Below are positions 52,112 to 64,000 of a stretch of DNA of 64,000 nucleotides, piece by piece. Origin of the DNA: Antedon mediterranea. Lineage: Eukaryota; Animalia; Echinodermata. The stretch spans positions 8,082,101 through 8,146,100 of the forward strand of contig NC_092677.1 in NCBI RefSeq assembly GCF_964355755.1, read 5' to 3'. Both the position numbers and the translations under genes were made by a program. Each line of letters starts with the position of its first letter. Position 1 is the first letter of the stretch. The notes beneath the pieces are model-generated. The model worked only from the letters and a program-made list of their open reading frames with translations. It made no database searches and was not told the origin of the DNA.

Positions 52112-55100
52112 CTTTAATCGGGGTTCTACTATCGTTCTTTACAAACTAAAAGATTTTTATTATACATTTTATGATTATCGACAATAATTTTCACAAAATA
52201 TAATAAAAATATATAATTTAAAAATAACAATGTTTATAGTTTTTATAGCTTTATTTTGTATCTTTTTCGCCTTGTCCTAGTTTTATATATTGATCATGAC
52301 AACCACGCATTCAGTACTATTACTCTAGAATTGTTATTAAATTGTAGACAATTTTAAAAAATCACATTATTTGCTGCTATTGATATGACATAAAAGTAAT
52401 AAAGTAAAGTAGTAGTAAAGTCGGATGTATAATCCGAGAATCGAATTAGTCGATCCAAAGAAAATCCGATTTTTTTTTCAAATAAAGAACAACAGAACAT
52501 AACATTTGAATATGTTTTCTCTATTGTCTAGTTTAAAGCGGCGTTAAAAAGGAAATTATTAAGTTTATTTGGCAGTCCTCATCTGGACATTCCTTCCCCA
52601 AAGCTCTCCATTTTGCTATTCTTGCAACCAGTTGTTTTTATATTTTCTCCATTCATCTCTCCATCTCATTTTCCTTTTTCTTTGGTTGCCAAATTGTAGT
52701 CTGCTTGTCCATCTATTGTCCTGGAATCTTGCAAGAAGTGACCTTATTATGCTTTTATTACTTTGCATGAAAACTTGTACAATATCTATCTAGCTTATTA
52801 AAAAGGAACTGGCGTTAGCATTGCGCATTCATCTCGCACTTCGTTCTGCTATTAGCTAGACATTTTTTAAATTATCATTCATAACGGATAAAATCAATAA
52901 GTATATTCTATAGATAAGTTACAATCACAATGGAATGTATTTTTATAAAACGATAAAGAGGCATTACAGGCTAGTAATATTGATAATACTGACTCCGCGA
53001 GATAAACAATCAATTGTAGTAATTGTTTGGTTTAATTCTTTTTTGCGATAATAATCACTTTTTCTGCGACAGGTAAATACTTTATTATTCAGTCAGTAGT
53101 AAAAATCATCCTTAAGGTTGGTTCCCACCGGGACACAACCACGAATGACCAATCACAAGCGACAGTTTGGATACCAGATTCATACGTTACGTTTACGTAA
53201 TCAAGTTATATGCAAATATAAAATACAACGTCATAATTGTTATGGGTGTGGTAAATATGTTTTATTAGATCTGTTTTATTTTTTATACCATCATCAATCA
53301 TTAAGACCATCATAGCACCACCAGTATCATTATCATCGACTTGAGCAACATCGTCAATGGTGCCTTCATCCTCAACATCAAAACGCGAGCACAAGCGGCC
53401 AGAAAGACGAATATACTGATGACGTATTTTTCATGTTCATTAAAAAAAGTATTGACAGGTTTTTGACATCATGATAAATAACATGGGACGTCGACTTGCT
53501 AAACTGCCGTCCTAATTCATGCCGTGAGAAAGACAGTATTACTTCAATACAACACTGACGGTTAACCCGTTATGTTACACTCGACAAGTTTAAATCGATC
53601 ACGTAGTTTACAGGTTCATTAAGAGCATGTTGAGAGATAATTGTCAACATTAATCGACATTATTTACAATAATTATTGTATAACGTGGTTGAATGTAAAG
53701 ATCGTAGCTATTAAGTCTGTACATTTTTATGTGTCACACGGAGTACGCACTTGTAAAATGTAGTAGATAGTCACTGAAGTATGAAGTTTAAAAAACAAAT
53801 CGATTTATTAAATATTTAAAACATGATGTTCAAAACATAGCCTACTGCAAATCAAAACGTTGATAACGTGTTATAATGGTCAAAATGCACGTATACAAAA
53901 CATACAAAAGGTATGTGATTAACGAATGTCACAGTTATATTGAAAATATAAGTCGCAAATGTTTTCGACCAAGTTCCTTTCAAGAGATATGTATTATCAC
54001 TGACCTTGAATAATATTGATAGAAAACAAAGCTTAAACAGTACATTAGATATTCCTAGTGATTGTTGAAAACATTAAATTAATAATCATCTTGCAGTTAT
54101 TATTATCTTGTTTTAAAAATATTAAAGCTTATGAAAGGTCTCTTAAATTAGGTCTAAAAGCAAAATGGGTTGCAAAGTAGGATGGTTGTGTAATGTTTTA
54201 TCTTACCAGTTGTTTTGCTTTTAAATCACAATCGTTTTCATTTATAAATCATTAAGCCGATTTTGAGGACTGTATTTATTTATCATCTGTAATACAGTAT
54301 CATAAAAAAATAAATTGTATCCCTAAAAAACACACTTTGAATATCACATTCATTCAATTGACTAAATATTGGATCGAAAACAAGGCGATATACATGGCTG
54401 CAGTCGCGTGCTCAAGTTAGTGTTTACCGACCGACCGACCAACCGACCGACCTAGTGGTCTGTAGTGTGAAAAAACAAGTTACCTGGAAAACTATGATAG
54501 TTTTATATTGTGTAAGTTGCTGCCATAACCACTCGGCCATATTCCACTCGGGCATTTGACCCGTTTAAGTACACAATTTCATCGTCATTTTTAATATACC
54601 GTAGTTGATTATGTTGCACGTGCATTGAATTGGTTTTCATTTTATTGGAATATATTATTTCTCCACTATATCACGAGTAGCAGGCATTGGAATTGGAAGA
54701 ATACGACCTGACGCAACAAGAAAATGATGCAAATATGGGCTGACGAGTAGATTAATTATAAGAGCACATATAGGATGGCATTAGTTTGACATAGATACTG
54801 TTTGCCTGTTATTGTACACGATCATGACTAGTGATAATAAGGAGACGCTCATGGACGGTTTCAGAGAGGGTATCGATGGGTATCGAAGGCGCGCCCTTCT
54901 TCCTTTTGAACAGCTAAAATAAAATTATGAACTGTACTTTATGATATATTATACTATTAGGCCTATATCACGTAAGCGCTCCTCCGTTTCGTGCGTCGAA
55001 AATTGCAGTAAGAGCATGTGATACGGTTAGCTAATATGATAGGTATCGGTTGGAATGCATTGTTTTTTTTTCAGCTACGGGTATAGCCTAATTGTTATTT

Positions 55101-56689
55101 TCCGGTACAGAAGTTTTGCAATTCGGTTTATCAAACTTAATTTCGTAATATTAGTACTGAAAAGAAATCTCTTCCGATTATTTTTATTTTATTCTTGATT
55201 TATAGTATCCCAAAAAATCGGAACCTAATAGTGTTCGGCGTGAGGTTGAATCAAACAAATAATTATTGCCTGTCAGTTAAGATTTTAGGAATAGAACATT
55301 ACATAAAGATCGAGCGTGTTTAGTCTTTGCTTTTTCTATGTATTTAGATAAACTCAATTACAACAATACAGGAAAAAGACATGACATCAATCTACAAAAT
55401 TAATGTGAAGCAAACATGCTTGACGACAGTAATTCCTTAATGCTAAAATATGTTTACAATTCCGTATTTGGAATTGTAATTTTTCTTACGAATTGACAGT
55501 AAAAATTCCAACAGTAACGTTTCAACAACAAAAATGTTACGATTGTAGGGGCATGCCAACAAACAAATCGGCGTTATGATAGCGTCGGTAACTAAGGCGA
55601 AAACTCTGAAATTAAAGTAATCAATAAAGACATTCCATGCACGTGCAGCATAATCGACTATAGATTTAAAATGATTATGTAAGAGTGTACTTAGGCGGGT
55701 AGAACGGCCGAGCGGTTAAGGAAACTAGAAATATTGCATAATTATATAATATGTAAATCCAAAGGCAAATTACTGAAAAAATGACAATGCTGTGGGTATC
55801 AGTGGCTGGATCTCAATGAAGATACAAAATAAAATTAGCAGAGCTTTTGGGCAACGCTAGCCTTTTATCATTATACTTTTGTAAATATTGCAAAACTAAT
55901 CCATTATAAATTTTGAATTTGACGGAGAACTCACCGCGTACGGAAATTCACCCTTCGTTTTAACGTCAGTTTATCAATCACCCCTTTTAAAGGCTTAGAA
56001 ACCCACACCGGGTATTGCCTTACGCAGGCATGTTTTCTGATTCAGAGTAATCTAAACGCTATATCATACGATAGACCTGTTTTTGTATAGACAAAGCATT
56101 TACAGGGAAAATAGATATAAAGTTGAATAGCCTACAACTTGCCGGTATGTAATCCTCCGTTTCCCGGTATGACTTACGAATGAATGCATGATGTACTTTA
56201 GGCCTACTTAATCTAGATAGATATTATGAATACAGTTTTCGTTTAACAAAGTATACAACATTGTATACTCTGTAATTTCATTTTATCGGTTGAAATGTCA
56301 ATTTTACTTGAAAATATAATTTGTATATATAACAAGATACACAACAAGATTGTTTGGCTGTGAGACATTAATAGGCCTGCAGTGCAAAGTACAATAATCT
56401 CGATATAACAATCACGTCATTCTCGTACATTCAGTGCCCTAATAACTAAGCTTAAATAAAGGCTGTTAATGAACCTGTGTAGAATGTATTTAGAAGTACA
56501 AATAATAGATTTATATTTATTTAATATCATTTGGATATACATACTATATACATTGATGCTTGTTTAGCTCTGAGACATAGAATGCAGTTACAAATGAAAT
56601 AATAGTTTTATCTGAAACATCGCCATTCCTTTTGATCCACATCACGTGTACGTTGATATGCCAGACTTTTTGATATCACCAACATTGTA

Positions 56690-57200
56690 ACAGTTCTTCC
56701 ATGTTTCCAGTTGTAATTTCTCTGGTCTTTATTAACAATTCTTTCATGTTTTCAGTCGTGTTTTTCTCCTTCTATCTCTCTGGTATTTAACAGTTCTTCC
56801 ATGTTTTCAGTCGTGTTTTTCTCATTCTATCTCTCTGGTATTTAACAGTTCTTTCATGTTTTCAGACTTGTTTTTCTCCTTCTCTCTGGTCTTTAACGGT
56901 TCTTCCATGTTTTCAGTCGTGTTTTTCTCCTTCTATCTCTCTCGTCTTTATCAGTTCTTCCATGTTTTCAGTCGTGTTTTTCTCCTTCAATCTTCCTATT
57001 CTTTATCAGTTCTTTCATGCTTCCAGTCGTGTTTTCCCCTTCTCTCTGGTCTTTATCAATTCTTCCATGTTTCCAGTCGTTTTTTTCTCCTTCAATCTCC
57101 CTGGTCTTTATCAATTCTTCCATGTTTCCATTCGTTTTTTCTCCTTCTCTCTAGTCTTTATCAGTTCTTCCATGTTTTCAGTCGTACTTTGTCTAATTTT
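56690..57200. repeat. Pyrimidine-rich minisatellite, ~52-58-bp unit, ~9 copies
   Basis: Repeated cagttcttccatgttttcagtcgtgtttttctccttctatctctctggtctttat. It explains the spurious ORFs at 56856 and 56962. Confidence 0.92.
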
Positions 57201-57924
57201 CTCTTGTCTTTATACTGTTCAGTTCTCCTATGTCTTCAAACAATTGTTGTTGCCAATCCTGTGGATTAAAAAATGCATTTTGCGTTGTAGTTTTGTTATA
57301 TTGATTAACTTTGTTTAATGCCTGTGACAATAATGGATTACGTCATAAAACTAAAGAATGAATAACGCTATCTAGCTAATATATCATTTCAACGATAGAA
57401 GAATAATCTGTTATATAATTGTTTTAATAGCTAAAGCCATGCAATTCTTATTGCGCATTAGCTTACTCCTTATTATTTTATAATTGTATAGGCCGAGCCG
57501 ATGGGCTAGATTATTTTTCTATTTACAGCTCTGCAAAAACTAGGCATATAGACTATAATTGCAGATACAGTAGCTCCTATCATCCGTCACAGTAGAAAAT
57601 TGATGTTTTCAATAGATATAACGCTATAAAATTTTAATTCCAATAACTAATAAATAATAATATTTGTATTTTCGGACTATTCTTCACTCGAATTTACCAT
57701 TCTGAACAATCAAAATGTTGCTTTTGATTGGTCATTTACCTCGTTGCGCGTACGTTGACCATTTTCCTAGTGAGAGCCCAGCTTTCAAAGGCAGACGCCG
57801 ATATCAATTTTCTCATACATTTTAAACAGTTTAATGTGATCCAAATAAATATTTATTATGAATATTACATGACTAATTTCATTCATTTACAAATATTTAA
57901 TATTTTATCTTTTAGAGAAGCTCG

Positions 57925-59025
57925 ATGGATTTCAACAACACCTCCAGCACCATCAGCAGTAGCTATGATTATCCAGGCGAGTTCGATCCTACTTCTACGC
58001 TGTGGCAGGATTTCATCGTTGCGATGGAAATAACGTTCATAATTGTTGGCATATTTGGAAATACGCTGTTGATTTTTATCATCATCGCTAACAATAACAT
58101 GCACAGTGCCCACAACTACCTGTTAGTATGCTTAGCAATCGGAGATTTGCTGTTACTGACGCTCGGTGTACCAATTTTTGTGTTTAAAAAAATCACTACT
58201 TACGCCTCTTTTCTACATAAAAGCTCAATTGGATGTAAACTGGTTCACGGCTGCTTAGTGATGGCTGAGTGTGTATCCATTGGTACCTTCACTGCCCTTA
58301 GCGTCGATCGTTACATGGTTATACGGTACAGGATGACCAGTTGCAACTCTCAAAGCTACCGAAAGTATATATGTATCTGCATTTGTATCTGGTTTTTGGC
58401 TATTTGCATCAGTGCACCAATATTCCACCAAGCTTATATCACAGAGTTACCACTGTACGGTAACATGTCACTTATCACGTGTTATCCGTTTGTAATGCAC
58501 TCTAATTTTGCAAAGACTTACCAGGTTACGGTTGCTATAATCATGTATATGATACCTTTGGTGTTGATATTGATTTGTTATTCAAAGATGGCGTTTATAT
58601 TGATGACAAGTATAAGGACAAATAATGTTATTAGCCAAGGCTCTGCTACAGATGCAATGACGAGAAGACGGTATTTGGCTCGAAGCGTGCTAATCATGAT
58701 CGTCATATTTGCCATTTGTTGGTTACCACTGCACGCCTCTGAAATAGTGCGACAGTATAACGACGAAGATATCAACTTTACCGTTAGGCAACACCCATTG
58801 ATGCAATTAATATCAAATATAAAATATTTGATGATTATTTTTAGCGCATGTGCCAATCCGTTGGTTCTGTTCACTGTAAGCAAACAGTTTAAGAGATATC
58901 TTAGGCAATATTTCTGCTGTAAGAAATCCATTGATCTCAAGCACCCAAAATCGTTCACATTAGTGCCATCATATAAAAAGGTTGGACAGATTGAAAAAGA
59001 CACAACACGAAGTACTTCTTTGTGA
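57925..59025 (+). CDS. Class A (rhodopsin-family) GPCR, bombesin/GRP/CCHamide-receptor-like, single coding exon, 366 aa
   Basis: Seven hydrophobic segments and an N-terminal NNTS sequon. Motifs: GN (TM1), LAIGDLLLL (TM2), IGCKL and TALSVDRY (TM3), W..A..I..P (TM4), C in ECL2 (TCYPF), Y.IPL..I...Y (TM5), RRYLARSVL...FAICWLP.H (TM6), SACANPLVLF (TM7) and helix 8 SKQFKR...CC. A splice acceptor (ttttatcttttag, ends at 57915) lies just upstream of the ATG. Confidence 0.93.
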   Translation: MDFNNTSSTISSSYDYPGEFDPTSTLWQDFIVAMEITFIIVGIFGNTLLIFIIIANNNMHSAHNYLLVCLAIGDLLLLTLGVPIFVFKKITTYASFLHKSSIGCKLVHGCLVMAECVSIGTFTALSVDRYMVIRYRMTSCNSQSYRKYICICICIWFLAICISAPIFHQAYITELPLYGNMSLITCYPFVMHSNFAKTYQVTVAIIMYMIPLVLILICYSKMAFILMTSIRTNNVISQGSATDAMTRRRYLARSVLIMIVIFAICWLPLHASEIVRQYNDEDINFTVRQHPLMQLISNIKYLMIIFSACANPLVLFTVSKQFKRYLRQYFCCKKSIDLKHPKSFTLVPSYKKVGQIEKDTTRSTSL

Positions 59026-60464
59026 CAGAGTAGGGGAAAACAGAGGGCCATACGAAGCAGTATCTTTTGAAATACTGTATTAAGCAGCTCTGCTGTTTTG
59101 TTAAAGAGACAGTTTTAAGACAGTGACAAAACACGATGGATGAGCGGGTTGCATTAAAATCAACAACTGGAATTCAGATAACAATTCTTTTAGGCGACCA
59201 GCAGTATATTAAATAACATTGTAACATAGGCTTATATCGAATGTAAATATATAACTAGAAAAATAGTATGTTTTTTAACGTTCACCATTTTTGTTATAAT
59301 ATTAGGTATTGAGCATGTAAGAATTTGACTCAGAGTTGAAAAAAAAGTTCTTGAATTCATTAAAAACATGAATTCCAATGACGGACTAGACAGACCCAGT
59401 GACACACTGACAACTGACTGGCGTACAGACATAGTTAACAAGTAGAATTATGCATTTTCATATGAATGTTCCAATTACACTCAACAATTACTTACAACGC
59501 GCATGCGTCAGTGCGTTGCGTTTAAGTGAGATCACAGCTTATAAGCCCACATTCATTTGGTGGACGGAGGAAACTCAAAGGTCTAGATGCGTTAGGTTTT
59601 TGGATCACACTGCAAGAGTGAATAAGGGTGCTTAAACCGAGATTTTAAGCTCTTCTTTTTGCGACATGCAAACGTCTAACCACGGGAGCTTTCAAGATAA
59701 TGATGTGTAGCTCTCCGGATGTAATAAATATAAATTAATTACTAAGGTTATATTCTTTGTATATTCTTTGACATGATGAAACATTGTAAAAGAAGTGAAA
59801 GTCTATTGTATTGTTAGGAAGCAAGACCTCTAGTTATGTTATGCTAATTAATTGTGCGCATGCGTAGTGGTTTTCAAACTCGACATCATTTTGTTGGAAT
59901 AAATGTTCAGGTCAGCGGAAACAATATTATGAGTTACCGTACGGTATACGTAAACGTGTACAAAAACGTAAAATAAAACAAAAGCTAACTGTATTCAATT
60001 ATGTATATAAGATAAATTATTTTCAAATGGTTGTTCATTCATTCATGAATACTATTATGGTATTCTATAGTAAAAATGGAAATTAAGAAATATGTATTAT
60101 TGATGTACAGTAATAGTGAACAATAAAGTATTGTAATTGTAAATTATGCATTTAATAAAATCGTTCTTGATTTTTGAAAGTATAAATCATTTGAAATCAA
60201 ACCCAAATTTGAAAGGTATAAAAGAAAGGTAACATTACATTATATTGAATTTTAAAAAGTCGATATTATGTGATTCTGCGCATGTCATTTTGTTAAAAAA
60301 TTTAGGATACAAATGCTGCAAATTTTTTTTAATTGGCAAAATATCAGCTGTTTAAATTATGCATTAAGGTAACATGCGCAGACCACATTGTGTGATTCTG
60401 CGTGTGCCATTTTGTTAAAAACAAAAGGGAAAACAAATTTCCCTGTACAGGAATATAGTATAGT

Positions 60465-60780
60465 AATAATGATAATAATACCACATTTATATAGCGCCCT
60501 TTTCATGAGTAATCATGCTCAAAGGCGCTTTACAAGCATTATTACCCCAGTATTTTTTTGGGATCAAACATGTATGGAAACATACTCCCATAATGCAGCC
60601 GGTAACCAGCGCAAATTTGTGTCTAGATCTAACTGGGTACCCATTTATACACCTGGGTGGAGAGGCAACGTAAGTAAAGTGTCTTGCCTACTCACAAGCA
60701 AGCAATGCGGCGAGAGTTGGATTCGAACCTAGGTCTGACGATCGGTAGTCCAACGTCCAACACACTGCGCCACACACCCT
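60465..60780 (-). mobile_element. Full-length tRNA-derived SINE (same family as 47726-48030)
   Basis: Reverse complement of the head (ggattcgaacc), central domain (gggtacccatttatacacctgggtggagag) and tail (atttatatagcgcc, taataata). Confidence 0.88.
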
Positions 60781-60799
60781 TACAAAGAATTCAGCTGAA

Positions 60800-63700
60800 A
60801 AGTGGATATTTTTGCCATTTTTCCAAAAAAAATTCCCTGTACTATAGACATAAATGGTTACTATTGCATAATAAACATGCGCAGAGACGAATAATGGGTT
60901 ATGCCCATGTCAATTGTGCTATGGTAACCAGTTTTGACATAAATGGTTACTATAGTATAATAAACATGCGCAGAGGCGAATAATGGGTTCTGCACATGTC
61001 AATTGTGCTATGGTAACCAGTTTTGACAAATGGTTACTATAGTATAATAAATATGCGCAGAGGCGAATAATGGATTCTGCGCATGTCAATTGTGCGATGG
61101 TAACCAGTTTTGACATAAATGGTTACTATAATATAATAAACATGCGCAGAGGCGAATAATGGGTTCTGCGCATGTCAATTGTGCTATAGTAACCAGTTTT
61201 ATCGAAAAATAAAAAGGTCAAAAATTTGCCATTTTTTGAAAAATCCCAGTACAGTGAAATTTTCGAAAAATGGCCGATTTCCGACCCTTTTATTTTTTGA
61301 CATAAATGGTTACTAATGCATAATAAACATGCGCAGAGACGAATAGTGGGTTCTGCGCATGTCAATTGTGCTATGGTAACCAGTTTTGACATAAATGGTT
61401 AATATTGCATAATAAACATGCGCAGAGACGAATAATGAGTTTTGCGCATCTCAATTGTGCTATGGTAACCAGTTTTGACATAAATGGTTACTATTGTATA
61501 TTAAACATGCGCAGAGGCGAAAAATGGGTTCTGCGCATGTCAATTGTGCTATAGTAACCAGTTCTATCAAAAAATAAAAAGGTCGAAATTTAACCATTTT
61601 TTCCAAAAAATCCCTGTACTATAGTACAGGAAAATTTGCGAAAAATGGCCGATATAGGACCCTTTTATTTTTTGACATAAATGGTTACTAATGCATAATA
61701 AACATGCGCAGAGACGAATAGTGGGTTCTGCGCATGTCAATTGTACTATGTTAACCAGTTTTGACATAAATGGTTACTATTGCATAATAAACATGCGCAG
61801 AGGCGAATAATGGGTTCTGCGCATGTCAATTGTGCTATGGTAACCAGTTTTGACATAAATGGTTAATATTGCATAATAAACATGCGCAGAGAGGAATAAT
61901 GAGTTTTGCGCATCTCAATTGTGCTATGGTAACCAGTTTTGACATAAATGGTTACTATTGTATATTAAACATGCGCAGAGGCGAAAAATGGGTTCTGCGC
62001 ATGTCAATTGTGCTATAGTAACCAGTTCTATCAAAAAATAAAAAGGTCGAAATTTAACCATTTTTTCCAAAAAATCCCTGTACTAGTACAGGAAAATTTG
62101 CGAAAAATGGCCGATATAGGACCCTTTTATTTTTTGACATAAATGGTTACTAATGCATAATAAACATGCGCAGAGACGAATAGTGGGTTCTGCGCATGTC
62201 AATTGTACTATGTTAACCAGTTTTGACATAAATGGTTACTATTGCATAATAAACATGCGCAGAGGCGAATAATGGGTTCTGCGCATGTCAATTGTGCTAT
62301 AGTAACCAGTTTTATCGAAAAATAAAAAGGTCGAAAATTTGCCATTTTTTGAAAAATCCCTTTTTCGAAAAATGGCCGATTTTCGACCCTTTTATTTTTT
62401 GACATAATTGGTTACTATTGCATAATAAACATGCGCAGAGACGAATAATGGGTTCTGCGCATGTCAATTGTGCTATGTTAACCAATTTTGACATAAATGG
62501 TTACTATAGTATAATAAATATGCGCAGAGGCAAATAATGGGTTCTGCGCATGTCAATTGTGCTATGGTAACCAGTTTTGACATAAATGGTTATTATAGTC
62601 TAATAAACATGCGCAGAGGCGAATAATGGGTTCTGCGCATGTCAATTGTGCTATAGTAACCAGTTTTATCGAAAAATAAAAAGGTCAAAAATTTGCCATT
62701 TTTTGAAAAATCCCTGTACTATAGTACAGTGAAATTTTCGAAAAATGGCCGATTTCCGACCCTTTTATTTTTTGACATAAATGGTTACTAATGCATAATA
62801 AACATGCGCAGAGACGAATAGTGGGTTCTGCGCATGTCAATTGTGCTATGGTAACCAGTTTTGACATAAATGGTTAATATTGCATAATAAACATGCGCAG
62901 AGACGAATAATGAGTTTTGCGCATCTCAATTGTGCTATGGTAACCAGTTTTGACATAAATGGTTACTATTGTATATTAAACATGCGCAGAGGCGAAAAAT
63001 GGGTTCTGCGCATGTCAATTGTGCTATAGTAACCAGTTCTATCAAAAAATAAAAAGGTCGAAATTTAACCATTTTTTCCAAAAAATCCCTGTACTATAGT
63101 ACAGGAAAATTTGCGAAAAATGGCCGATATAGGACCCTTTTATTTTTTGACATAAATGGTTACTAATGCATAATAAACATGCGCAGAGACGAATAGTGGG
63201 TTCTGCGCATGTCAATTGTACTATGTTAACCAGTTTTGACATAAATGGTTACTATTGCATAATAAACATGCGCAGAGGCGAATAATGGGTTCTGCGCATG
63301 TCAATTGTGCTATAGTAACCAGTTCTATCAAAAAATAAAAAGGTCGAAATTTAACCATTTTTTTTCAAAAAATCCCTGTACTATAGTACAGGAAAATTTG
63401 CGAAAAATGGCCGATATAGGACCCTTTTATTTTTTGACATAAATGGTTACTAATGCATAATAAACATGCGCAGAGACGAATAGTGGGTTCTGCGCATGTC
63501 AATTGTACTATGTTAACCAGTTTTGACATAAATGGTTACTATTGCATAATAAACATGCGCAGAGGCGAATAATGGGTTCTGCGCATGTCAATTGTGCTAT
63601 AGTAACCAGTTTTATCGAAAAATAAAAAGGTCGAAAATTTGCCATTTTTTGAAAAATCCCTTTTTCGAAAAATGGCCGATTTTCGACCCTTTTATTTTTT

Positions 63701-64000
63701 GACATAAATGGTTACTATTGCATAATAAACATGCGCAGAGACGAATAATGGGTTCTGCGCATGTCAATTGTGCTATGTTAACCAATTTTGACATAAATGG
63801 TTACTATAGTATAATAAATATTCGCAGAGGCTAATAATGGGTTCTGCGCATGTCAATTGTGCTATGTTAACCAATTTTGACATAAATGGTTACTATAGTA
63901 TAATAAATGGGTTCTGCGCATGTCAATTGTGCTATAGTAACCAGTTTTATCGAAAAATAAAAAGGTCGAAAATTTGCCATTTTTTGAAAAATCCCTGTAC
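60800..64000. repeat. Satellite array: 89-bp palindromic monomer interspersed with ~88-108-bp palindromic linker, higher-order repeat; runs off the window end
   Basis: Monomer gacataaatggttactattgcataataaacatgcgcagagacgaataatgggttctgcgcatgtcaattgtgctatggtaaccagtttt. Linker aaaaataaaaaggtc...ccctgtactatagtacagg...gacccttttatttttt. Confidence 0.97.

Noticed and set aside
58578-59051. 157-aa antisense ORF over the GPCR; also antisense ORFs within the LINE (11470-12009)
   Set aside because: Shadow frames of real coding sequence.
60800-64000. CRISPR-like alternation of palindromic repeats and spacers; repeated 'MSKLVTIAQLTCAEP' ORFs
   Set aside because: The linkers are themselves repeated (three variants), the units are too long, there are no cas genes and the context is eukaryotic. 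The ORFs are by-products of the satellite.

Overview
AT-rich animal (invertebrate-type) genomic DNA, not prokaryotic. Only two host genes are supported. The first is the last three coding exons of a TRPC-type (short transient receptor potential) channel gene (1763-1804, 2818-2936, 4202-4436, + strand), recovered by splicing and mostly missed by the ORF track. The second is a single-exon rhodopsin-class GPCR resembling bombesin/GRP/CCHamide receptors (57925-59025). The ~53 kb between them is a mosaic of transposons and repeats: a 5'-truncated CR1/L2-type LINE, tRNA-derived SINEs, PIF/Harbinger-like and P-like MITEs (some nested in a deducible order), a 3.8-kb TTAA-flanked Kolobok-like element, Helentron-like short elements and several minisatellites. 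The window ends in a satellite built from hairpin monomers with higher-order structure. Two signals stand out. (1) Two unrelated elements share an architecture of a long terminal hairpin punctuated by tandem GA/GA mismatches plus an asymmetric inverted repeat, which suggests a folded single-stranded DNA substrate. (2) TAGGCCTA is strongly over-represented, and a paralog pair shows it can arise as a GGCCTA indel at a TA site. All counts and family assignments were made by eye with no database search.
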